This document shows, one piece after another, positions 29,177 through 37,052 of a stretch of DNA of 64,000 nucleotides. Location of the stretch: the IMG/VR virus record IMGVR_UViG_3300034072_002211, positions 62,001 to 126,000 of that record; one strand, written 5' to 3'. A program made the position numbers and the translations under genes. Every line of letters starts with the position of its first letter. Within the stretch, counting starts at the first letter, position 1. The notes under the pieces were generated by a model. That model was not told the origin of the DNA. It saw only the letters and a list, made by a program, of their open reading frames with translations, and ran no database searches.

Positions 29177-29340
29177 TGGACGTTTCAGCATATCGCAGCG
29201 GTTGGTGGGATGGTGATGAAGGCTATGGCATCGCGGGTGGCTCAGAAGCTATCATGCGACGTCAGCGCGGCAATGCCTATACCGACTCCTACATGGTAGG
29301 GTATAGGGATGGTAAGAATCGTCGCCCACAACGCTATTGA
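29176..29340 (+). CDS. 54-aa protein (not in ORF track) with two Y-x2-G-(W/Y)-x-DG motifs
   Basis: TAATG-coupled: MDVSAYRSGWWDGDEGYGIAGGSEAIMRRQRGNAYTDSYMVGYRDGKNRRPQRY. Confidence 0.7.
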   Translation: MDVSAYRSGWWDGDEGYGIAGGSEAIMRRQRGNAYTDSYMVGYRDGKNRRPQRY

Positions 29341-29343
29341 ATA

Positions 29344-30186
29344 ATGACTTTGTATTCCATGTGGTGCTTAACCGGCCGCATGGAATACACCTACCTCACA
29401 CCTCCCGAGAAGGCAAACGATGGCTGGATGGGTCATCGTATCAAACTCTTCTTGAAACAAGATCGCTTTGCTGAGTTTACGACCTTTCTCGAAACCTACT
29501 GCGGTGAGAAAGGCAAAGATTGGCGACTAGAATCTCGATCCAAGAAATCCTTTTGGATATGGGGTGATGAACCGGCCAAGATCCGTTTCAAGCACAAGAA
29601 GCACGCTGCCCTGCTGAAGCTTCAGTGGGTTGAGGATACTGATCCCATGGAAGACACATGGAATCAGCTGAAGAAGATGACGCTCAACTATCCCACGCTT
29701 GGGTCAATCCGACCAACTGGTAAGAGCATGGCCAGCCAGGCGATCGGCCGTGGTATCCGCAACACCCACGTGACCACAGTGGCTCCTCCCACAAATCCAA
29801 ACCCGCTTCCCTGGTATGGGTCGATCGGCGATCCCTTCTGGACCCTCTACCAAAGCAAAGCCCTCTCCCGTAAGTCATACAGCAAGATGATGGGTTTGGA
29901 CTATGACTCCATCTACCTCGACACCGAGGCCAGCATCAGTCCTTACTGGCTCAAGGAGAACCTTGAGGACAAGGGCCATACTGTCATGACCACTCAGGTT
30001 CTCAAGGAACGTCTCAATGGAACTGGATCAAAGTCAACCACCGTATGCTGGTCGCCAGAAACACTACGTCTACGGGATGAAGTTCTACCTGACTCCGAGC
30101 AGGCAAGCGGACTTAGAGAAGGTGCTGGAAACATTCCAGATCACCAAATACCGGCTGACGGTGGAGAGTCAGCTTCGGGGGACTGA
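29344..30186 (+). CDS. FKLxW-family domain with long low-complexity C-terminal extension
   Basis: IRFKHKKHAALLKLQW near aa 80-95; 3' 170 nt overlap the next ORF. Confidence 0.7.
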   Translation: MTLYSMWCLTGRMEYTYLTPPEKANDGWMGHRIKLFLKQDRFAEFTTFLETYCGEKGKDWRLESRSKKSFWIWGDEPAKIRFKHKKHAALLKLQWVEDTDPMEDTWNQLKKMTLNYPTLGSIRPTGKSMASQAIGRGIRNTHVTTVAPPTNPNPLPWYGSIGDPFWTLYQSKALSRKSYSKMMGLDYDSIYLDTEASISPYWLKENLEDKGHTVMTTQVLKERLNGTGSKSTTVCWSPETLRLRDEVLPDSEQASGLREGAGNIPDHQIPADGGESASGD

Positions 30187-30496
30187 TTTGCCTGAAAAGG
30201 CATTCATCAGCTTTCGTATCAAGAAGCAGGCAATGTTGTTCAAGATCGTGTGGATCCCGTGTGATCCACCGTCTCCTAGCGTCGTTCTGCCAATTATTCG
30301 ACGAGTCATGCCCAGCATCATCGCGCAGGATATCATCGGAGTTTCGCCCATGACCGGCCCAGTCAGCGACATCTTCACGCTGCGGGTCAAATACGCAGAT
30401 TCGCAGGACCAGGCTTCAACACCTGTATCTCCGTACGAAGTCCGCTCTGGCGATGAACCTGGTGAAGAGCCGGACGCGGACCGCACCTCTGAGTGA
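30017..30496 (+). CDS. FKLxW-family domain fused to a gp23 major-capsid-like (Gol-region) peptide
   Basis: AFISFRIKKQAMLFKIVW, then VVLPIIRRVMPSIIAQDIIGVSPMTGPVSDIFTLRVKY; SD aagga upstream of ATG 30017. Confidence 0.75.
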   Translation: MELDQSQPPYAGRQKHYVYGMKFYLTPSRQADLEKVLETFQITKYRLTVESQLRGTDLPEKAFISFRIKKQAMLFKIVWIPCDPPSPSVVLPIIRRVMPSIIAQDIIGVSPMTGPVSDIFTLRVKYADSQDQASTPVSPYEVRSGDEPGEEPDADRTSE

Positions 30497-30694
30497 TTCT
30501 AAATTGCGATATGATGGTATTCATGTTATCTGGGTTCTACCCGCTGGCGGGTAGCATCTAGCTAACACGCATAGCGTCATGTCTCAACTTAGGATCGCTC
30601 GGAGTGGCGATTATATGTACGGGAAATCACACAGATAACCCAAAGAGACTCGTGGTAAATATGGTGTAATCCTTCTCTTGAATAAGGAAATCCC

Positions 30695-31264
30695 ATGACC
30701 ACTCAGCTTCAGCTACGTCGTGGCACTACCGCCGAGCATGCAACCTTTACGGGCGCTCAGGGCGAAGTCACGCAGAATACTACCACCAAGCGCCTTCACT
30801 CCCATGACGGATCGACTGCAGGTGGTCTTCCACTAGCTCTCTTGAGCGATCTACCAACCGGTGTCCCATCGGGTGGTTCACAGGGTCAGGTTTTGACCAA
30901 GAACTCTGCGACCAATGGAGATTTGGTTTGGGTCACTCCGACTCCTACTAACGTGACGACCATCCAGAATAGGACGGTTACCTCTGCCTATACTCTGCAG
31001 CTTGGTGACGCATATCTTCGTATGAGCTATAACAGTGGGACAGTTGTTATCAACATTCCAACTCATGCGGCTGTCCCATTTCCAATTGGCACTCAGATCA
31101 CAGCTATTTGGGTCGATTGTAATGCAATGAGCATCAGCTTTAGCAGCGGTGTGACTTATACCACTCCTGACTCGCTTAATCTGCGTAAGCCCGGTAGTTC
31201 TGTGACGATGACTAAAGTAGCTCAGAATCACTGGGATATTGCCGGTGATATGAGGGTAAGCTAA
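30695..31264 (+). CDS. Fibre adaptor with Mtd-N-like N-terminus
   Basis: MTTQLQLRRGTTAEH..FTGAQGEVT; one PSGGSQGQVLTKNS repeat; C-terminal domain shared with 9532..9960; TAAATA at 30656-30661. Confidence 0.8.
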   Translation: MTTQLQLRRGTTAEHATFTGAQGEVTQNTTTKRLHSHDGSTAGGLPLALLSDLPTGVPSGGSQGQVLTKNSATNGDLVWVTPTPTNVTTIQNRTVTSAYTLQLGDAYLRMSYNSGTVVINIPTHAAVPFPIGTQITAIWVDCNAMSISFSSGVTYTTPDSLNLRKPGSSVTMTKVAQNHWDIAGDMRVS

Positions 31265-32112
31265 TGGCTGTTCGTCCGGGCGTAATTGGTGCTTCTAACA
31301 TTCTTCAGAAGCGCATCTCACTACCAGAATCTGCATTTACCCCTGCTAATGAGAATTCTGCGTATATTTTCAACACTAACGCCACTACAACCATTGGTAG
31401 TGGTGCTACGGCGGTTACTGTCACCAAAAGGACAGCTAATAACGATCCGGCTGGACAACCAAACCCTCAGAATCCTTGGGTTCCTCCTACATATGATTCG
31501 GTAACCCAGTCTATGACCTTTTCAGGAACCCAAAGTCTAGCCTATCTGGATACTGATACTCTTCATGTTTATCCGCCGTATTCATGTCAAGTTGATTTTA
31601 GGCCATCTGTTGTTAACAAGACTACAATGTATATTGTGAACAACGGACAAGGCGGTGGTATTGGCTGGGAAGAATTTGTCATTTATCTAAACAATGACAA
31701 TGCCATGATCTCGACCTGTGCTGCTAATAACGGCGAAGGCGGAAATGCTGCAAGTGGACCTCCATACACCGCTTATTATAACCTGGGAAAGGTTATGATC
31801 AATACTTGGAATCGGGTTGGTGTTATGTGGTATAATGTCGGTGGAACTCTTAATGAATCTACCGGCATTTATACAGGTGGGACCAATTATATGCGTGGCT
31901 ATTTGAATGACATTGAGATATTTACTCGTCCTTTGAATGGTCAAGCATGGACAGGCGCAGGTGGCACAAAGACGGCAGAATCTGGACGTCTACCCTGGAA
32001 TTCTCCAAATGGTATCTGTATTGGTAACGATAGCGCGAACTTTGGAACTACATTCTTTCAAGGATCTATCAGGAATTTCTTTATCGGTAGAACTCTATTT
32101 TGGCCTATCTAA
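31264..32112 (+). CDS. LamG/concanavalin A-like lectin virion protein
   Basis: TAATG-coupled; C-terminal ICIG...FFQGSIRNFFIG..FW matches 59384..59992. Confidence 0.75.
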   Translation: MAVRPGVIGASNILQKRISLPESAFTPANENSAYIFNTNATTTIGSGATAVTVTKRTANNDPAGQPNPQNPWVPPTYDSVTQSMTFSGTQSLAYLDTDTLHVYPPYSCQVDFRPSVVNKTTMYIVNNGQGGGIGWEEFVIYLNNDNAMISTCAANNGEGGNAASGPPYTAYYNLGKVMINTWNRVGVMWYNVGGTLNESTGIYTGGTNYMRGYLNDIEIFTRPLNGQAWTGAGGTKTAESGRLPWNSPNGICIGNDSANFGTTFFQGSIRNFFIGRTLFWPI

Positions 32113-32177
32113 CATACTGACAACCTGATGTGTCCTGCCGTAGTCTGAGTAAGAAAACTAGACAGACAGGACACATT

Positions 32178-32642
32178 ATGCCGCACATCTTTTGCGATTT
32201 CGATGGTGTGCTCGTAGACTTCGAACGAGGGTTCGAAATGTTCTATGGCAAGAGGCACGACGAAGTGCCAGAGTTCGTGATGTGGAAGATCATCAAGAAC
32301 AACATGAGCCACTGGGAGCAACTCCCAGCTATGCCCGGCGCTCTACAGCTTTGGGCTTACATCGCTCCCCACAGCCCGACCATCCTCACGGGTTGCCCAA
32401 CCTCCGGTAAGCAGCAAGCCATCGACGGTAAGACGATCTGGAAGAACCGTGAGCTGGGTCTTCACGTTCCCATCATCGCTGACCTCAGCCGTCACAAGCC
32501 AAAGTATATGAAGGCTCCGGGCGACATTCTGATTGACGACATGGAAAAGAACATTACACGCTGGGTTGAAGCTGGCGGTGTGGGTGTTCTTCACACGGAT
32601 GCCGCAAGCACCATTGAGAAGCTGAAGGCGCTAGGGATCTGA
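32178..32642 (+). CDS. HAD-family 5'(3')-deoxyribonucleotidase-like protein
   Basis: IFCDFDGVL, ILTG and ILIDD motifs. Confidence 0.85.
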   Translation: MPHIFCDFDGVLVDFERGFEMFYGKRHDEVPEFVMWKIIKNNMSHWEQLPAMPGALQLWAYIAPHSPTILTGCPTSGKQQAIDGKTIWKNRELGLHVPIIADLSRHKPKYMKAPGDILIDDMEKNITRWVEAGGVGVLHTDAASTIEKLKALGI

Positions 32643-32643
32643 T

Positions 32644-33171
32644 ATGGAACCGCTTGACTGGTTGGTAGTGGCTACGTTCCTTTTCGTTGGCTATTGCGCC
32701 TCTGGTCTCGCGGGCAAGCATCTCCACTGGCTTGTGAATCGTCGCCGCGTCGTTCATGGAGACATGGTCGGCGGCGACGTCGTTGGAAGGTATCACAACG
32801 TGGGCACAATCAACATCTCGGGCCGGTCGTTCTCCGGCAATAACATCACGATTATCAACGATCGCATCTATGTCGACGGCAAGGACATCACGGATGATGC
32901 TGGCGAAGGCGCCAAGGGTATCGTGAAGATTGAGATCACTGGCGACGTCAAGCTGGTCAACTGCGACCGCAGCGTCTCGATCAAGGGCAATGTCAACGGC
33001 GATGTGAAGTCGGGCGGTTCTCTGAACTGCGACAACATCACCGGCAACGCGGAATCCAACGGTTCCATGAACGCCGGCAACATCGGCGGCAATGCCCGTT
33101 CGGGTGGAAGCATGAACTGCGGCAAAGTCAGCGGATCCGTTACGGCAGGAGGAAGTGTTCGACATGGCTGA
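32644..33171 (+). CDS. Membrane-anchored protein with Gly-rich beta-helix-like repeats
   Basis: N-terminal TM, then 16-aa GN(V/A)xSGGS(L/M)NC repeats. Confidence 0.7.
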   Translation: MEPLDWLVVATFLFVGYCASGLAGKHLHWLVNRRRVVHGDMVGGDVVGRYHNVGTINISGRSFSGNNITIINDRIYVDGKDITDDAGEGAKGIVKIEITGDVKLVNCDRSVSIKGNVNGDVKSGGSLNCDNITGNAESNGSMNAGNIGGNARSGGSMNCGKVSGSVTAGGSVRHG

Positions 33172-33400
33172 AAAGAAACCCTACGCATACCGCTTGGAGC
33201 GCATCGTTCCCAAGGACGGGTTCTTCATGGCAACGGCTGCGCTGATGACCTGCGCCGTTACTGGCAAGGTGCTGAGCACGTCTGGTGGTGGTGGTGAATA
33301 CATCAGCCCTGAGGTCCGACAGGTGATCCTCAAGGACCAGGAAGTCCAGGAACTCATCAAGCGCAAGATCGCAGAACTCGACGCGCATCCTATTGCTTGA
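33164..33400 (+). CDS. Hypothetical protein
   Basis: Start MAEKK (SD ggagg), overlaps the upstream stop. Confidence 0.7.
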   Translation: MAEKKPYAYRLERIVPKDGFFMATAALMTCAVTGKVLSTSGGGGEYISPEVRQVILKDQEVQELIKRKIAELDAHPIA

Positions 33401-33424
33401 CAAACAGGATCAGCCTGCTATAGG
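33397..33424 (+). promoter_or_regulatory. sigma70-like early promoter
   Basis: TTGACA-N16 (ending GC)-TATAGG. Confidence 0.7.
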
Positions 33425-33565
33425 GTGATCTCGAGACAAAAAAAAGGAATTCGTCATGATTATATGGTGTCTAGATCGGAGCTCTGCAGGGCGCTAATCC
33501 ACGACACCATAGTTTTGGCGTAATGGACCACCCTGCGAGGTATTAACCTTTCAGGGTGGTTTTCC

Positions 33566-34456
33566 ATGGGCGGAAATGCGTTTCCGGGCCTGCCAATGGT
33601 GCGGGTCCGAAGGGAGGATGTTGCCTCCACTGTAGATCATGTTGTTACCGTAATGAACATGCCGGGGTTCACTCGCGAGTATGCGATGAACAACCTCATG
33701 GGCAGCGCGGGCAAACAGGACGACTCGGGCGATCTCGACTTCGCAATGAACAACGCTCCGGCGAGGTTCGTTGGTGAGGAAGTGTTGCCAGTCTTTGACC
33801 TCAAGGTTTTTGCGGAGAGGGCACGAACTGTTCTGCCTCAGGGACACGTGAACACAAAGACCCTCAAGGGTGGTCAGTTTCAGACTGCCTTCCCAGTCGC
33901 GGGTGATCCCGCGAAGGGTTACGTTCAGGTCGACTTTGTTGCGGGAAATCCCGAGTGGCTGAAGTTCAGCCACTTCTCACCAGGTAAGGACTTCAGCCCT
34001 TACAAGGGTGTCTTGCTGTCAACGATGCTGGGTGTTCTGGCCAAGATGCGTAAGGATTTTGAGCTGGAAGACGAGCAGGGTCGTTACGCCAGGGTGGGCC
34101 TCCGCTTCGACTTGGAGAAGGGCCTCTACAGGCAGTGGAAGCTTCGCAAGCGCGATGGCCAGGGTATGAGTGTTGTGACCGCCGATGAATTTGAGACTGC
34201 GGTTGCAACTAGCCCGCGCTTCGTGCGTTTGTCGAGTGTCACGGTGCCTGAGGAGGTATTGAGACTGCTGTTTGGGACACCAGTGGACCCGGAGGAGGTC
34301 AACACCTTTGAGAAACTGGTGGCCAAAGTTCGTGAGGTTCTTCCTGAGCGTTTCGAAGAGGCACGAGAGCGTTTCCTCGAAGCATTCATGCGTAGTGCCG
34401 GTAAGAACGACTACACGTTGGAAGAGGTCGCCTCAGCCAGCGTATGGGAACAGTAA
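33566..34456 (+). CDS. Pol-beta superfamily nucleotidyltransferase-like protein
   Basis: MGGNAF; MGSAGKQDDSGDLDFAM (GS...DxD); third acidic strand YVQVDF. Confidence 0.7.
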   Translation: MGGNAFPGLPMVRVRREDVASTVDHVVTVMNMPGFTREYAMNNLMGSAGKQDDSGDLDFAMNNAPARFVGEEVLPVFDLKVFAERARTVLPQGHVNTKTLKGGQFQTAFPVAGDPAKGYVQVDFVAGNPEWLKFSHFSPGKDFSPYKGVLLSTMLGVLAKMRKDFELEDEQGRYARVGLRFDLEKGLYRQWKLRKRDGQGMSVVTADEFETAVATSPRFVRLSSVTVPEEVLRLLFGTPVDPEEVNTFEKLVAKVREVLPERFEEARERFLEAFMRSAGKNDYTLEEVASASVWEQ

Positions 34457-34526
34457 TGGAATAACCGCGCCGTCGAGCATACGCAATGCCCCCCTGCCAG
34501 TCTCCGGCGCGGTTATTCTTGCCCAC

Positions 34527-34733
34527 ATGGATGTTGAAGAAATCAAAAGCTGGTGTGACGAATGTTGCGCTGGCCGCTGGTCGTACGAATCAACAGACTG
34601 GGCTCCTATTCAGCTTGGTACTCTGACTGTTCCTGTTTTCTGTTTCTACTTCACACATCGCGCGGATGTGTCGATGTTTGCCAAAGCATACGACCTGGAG
34701 ATGAAGCTTGCCCTTGAGGTGCTTCACGTATAA
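34527..34733 (+). CDS. Small hypothetical, divergent FKLxW family member
   Basis: EIKSWCDECCAGRWSY...FYFTHRADVSMF; start MDVEE inferred. Confidence 0.6.
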   Translation: MDVEEIKSWCDECCAGRWSYESTDWAPIQLGTLTVPVFCFYFTHRADVSMFAKAYDLEMKLALEVLHV

Positions 34734-34781
34734 TCAGGTGTTGCGCTACTAAGTAGGTGGTGCTACAAAGTTTGAGCCTCG

Positions 34782-35201
34782 TTGGCAGATCGAACCATCT
34801 GCGAGGCTTCTGTGACCCACAGCAAAGGTGTTATGGCTTTCCTCGAGGAATGGCAGAAGGCCATCTTCGAGTCTTATACTGATGACAAACCTTTTGTGAA
34901 CCACTATGGGCGCAAGGGTTGGGAAAGCAAATACGATCCCAAGTTCACCAAGGGCACAGCATATCAGCCCCGTAGAACCCCTCCGGACGTCAGCTCGCTC
35001 CCAGAGCGGAAGTGGGTAGAGCCACGCTACCCCAGAGACGCCGAGGAATCTCTGGAGTTCTCTAGGGACATGAAAGCCTGGCTGGTGGACCGCAAGGTCA
35101 AATATCAGATTTGTGAAGTCATGTTGGACAAGCGTCCTGCCACGGTCTATCTGTTCAAGAAGGCCAATGATGCGTTGATGTTCAAACTGACTTGGGGATA
35201 A
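34782..35201 (+). CDS. FKLxW family protein
   Basis: VYLFKKANDALMFKLTWG; sigma70-like TTGCGC-N17-TACAAA upstream. Confidence 0.8.
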   Translation: MADRTICEASVTHSKGVMAFLEEWQKAIFESYTDDKPFVNHYGRKGWESKYDPKFTKGTAYQPRRTPPDVSSLPERKWVEPRYPRDAEESLEFSRDMKAWLVDRKVKYQICEVMLDKRPATVYLFKKANDALMFKLTWG

Positions 35202-35202
35202 T

Positions 35203-35556
35203 ATGAGCCGCAGAAACAAGGCAAAGACAAAGTCTGCCCCATTTAAGAGTTTTCGCATTCGAGGACGCGGAACTCGGATCCGTCGAATTCCTCGTCGCTT
35301 CAGGAAGCCCAACTACTGGCATCAGCACGACGACCGGACCTACAGCAAAATTGCGATCCGCGATGTTGAGTTGCTCTGGCTTGATCAGTATGCTCCAACC
35401 GCAGTTGTATCGTGGGAGAAGGTTCCGGGTTGTGAAACCATGCCACTCTATAAGCAGGGCAAGTGGGACGGCATGGCCCACTTTGTGCGCTTTACCAAGG
35501 AAGATCTGAGCAACGCTATCATGTTCAGAATCGTGTGGTGGAATACCCGTGCGTAA
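35203..35556 (+). CDS. FKLxW family protein
   Basis: FVRFTKEDLSNAIMFRIVWW. Confidence 0.75.
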   Translation: MSRRNKAKTKSAPFKSFRIRGRGTRIRRIPRRFRKPNYWHQHDDRTYSKIAIRDVELLWLDQYAPTAVVSWEKVPGCETMPLYKQGKWDGMAHFVRFTKEDLSNAIMFRIVWWNTRA

Positions 35557-35836
35557 GAGTCCTATCAACGTCGAGTGTAAGATAGATGATCTGAGCCTCG
35601 ACGCACTGGAATGGCTCGACAGTGACGCACAGGATCTCTCTTGGATCCACCGTAACTGGCGCATTTGGGAAAGCCCTGCGACAGAGCATGAGCTCACCTA
35701 TGCTGAACTCATGGAACGCAAGCACTTCATGAAGAACTATGGCACGTGGCGTCATCCGGTCAGGAAAAGATCGGTTGACGTGATCCGCTTCGCCAGTAAT
35801 GCGGATGCTATGTATTTCAAACTGAAGTTCCTATGA
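35549..35836 (+). CDS. FKLxW family protein
   Basis: VIRFASNADAMYFKLKF. Confidence 0.75.
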   Translation: MRKSPINVECKIDDLSLDALEWLDSDAQDLSWIHRNWRIWESPATEHELTYAELMERKHFMKNYGTWRHPVRKRSVDVIRFASNADAMYFKLKFL

Positions 35837-36069
35837 TCAAGCACACCGAGTCCATTCGCTCCGATCTCATCGTGAGCAAGAACCGTGCCCGTAAGGCAAT
35901 CTTGAGCGGTGTGGGAACCAGCACCACCGTAGTGCAGGAAGCGCGTGACTGGTTGCGGACTCAAGCCAAGCATCACTGGTATTTCTATGAGTGCCAGGAG
36001 ACTGGCAAGCTTCGCATTGCGTTTCATGACAAGAACGATGCGATGATGTGGAAGCTCGCATGGCACTGA
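35833..36069 (+). CDS. FKLxW family protein
   Basis: IAFHDKNDAMMWKLAWH; ATGA overlap. Confidence 0.8.
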   Translation: MIKHTESIRSDLIVSKNRARKAILSGVGTSTTVVQEARDWLRTQAKHHWYFYECQETGKLRIAFHDKNDAMMWKLAWH

Positions 36070-36377
36070 TGAAGCCTGGCTTCTACATGCTGGCTAAACA
36101 TGGCCCATGGGAGAGGCACGTCAGAGTCAAAGGAACTGACGCTATGAACGAAGCCGTGATGTGGTTGGCTCGCCAGGGCAAGGCAGAGAACATTGACTTT
36201 GAGGTTTTGATCGAAAAGATCGAGCATAAGAACACTACGAAGACCGTTGTGCCAATCACAATGAAGAGGCCCAGCGGTCGAACTGCCACGATGAACCAGG
36301 CAGTTCAGTCCGTTGAACCCATCATGTTCTTCAATGACGCGACCCTGGCCAGCTATGTCAAGCTGACTTGGGGTTGA
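36069..36377 (+). CDS. FKLxW family protein
   Basis: TGATG-coupled start MKPGFY; MFFNDATLASYVKLTWG. Confidence 0.75.
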   Translation: MKPGFYMLAKHGPWERHVRVKGTDAMNEAVMWLARQGKAENIDFEVLIEKIEHKNTTKTVVPITMKRPSGRTATMNQAVQSVEPIMFFNDATLASYVKLTWG

Positions 36378-36596
36378 TCATTTGTAGCGGAAGGTGATGC
36401 GGCCTTTAGACAAGTCATAGGGCGTCATTTCTACCTCGACGGTATCAGCCACGATGACCTTGATGTTGTTCTTACGCATCTTGCCTGAGATGTGACCAAT
36501 GATCACCATCTTGTTCTCAAGCTCAATACGAAACAGTGCGCTGGGAAGAACCTCGATTACTCGGCCCTTCATCTTTAGTGTGCCTTCTTTTGACAT
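36378..36596 (-). CDS. infA: Translation initiation factor IF-1
   Basis: 72 aa: [18 protein letters not shown]...[29 protein letters not shown]. Confidence 0.96.
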   Translation of the reverse strand: MSKEGTLKMKGRVIEVLPSALFRIELENKMVIIGHISGKMRKNNIKVIVADTVEVEMTPYDLSKGRITFRYK

Positions 36597-36626
36597 AACT
36601 CTCTTTGTTAGGATACTCAGGGCTAT

Positions 36627-37052
36627 TTAGCCCTGAGTCCTAATCGTCTGTTCTGCCAAGCTGTCATCGTTCAGCATGGGAACGATCCACCAGAGGTTGG
36701 GAATGACATTCTCAGGCATCGAGTATGCTTCCACAACTTCTACGATTTCGTCGGTCATCGTAGAGAGGTGGTGCATAGCCTCGGTGTTGTGACAAGAGAA
36801 CCAGTGAACCGCATAGTCATCACCTTCGAGGGTAAAGCGGTAGTTCCACTCAATGTCCACACCTGCTTCTTCGATGAACTCACGACGCATGGCGTCGTGA
36901 GCACTCTCGAACATCTCCACCTTGCCGCCAACCGCATTGTAGAGACCCGCCTGCCAGTCGGGACGGTTCTTGAGGATCAGAGTGACCCTCAAGCCGTCAT
37001 CGCTATACAGCAGACCCGCTACATAGTTGGTCTTGCCCAGGACGATATTCAC
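36627..37052 (-). CDS. Nudix hydrolase
   Basis: GGKVEMFESAHDAMRREFIEEAGV Nudix box. Confidence 0.9.
   Translation of the reverse strand: MNIVLGKTNYVAGLLYSDDGLRVTLILKNRPDWQAGLYNAVGGKVEMFESAHDAMRREFIEEAGVDIEWNYRFTLEGDDYAVHWFSCHNTEAMHHLSTMTDEIVEVVEAYSMPENVIPNLWWIVPMLNDDSLAEQTIRTQG

Noticed and set aside
30520-30645. SAM-I riboswitch suggested by TTATC...GATAA ends
   Set aside because: The conserved AGAG, kink-turn and GCAAC core elements are absent
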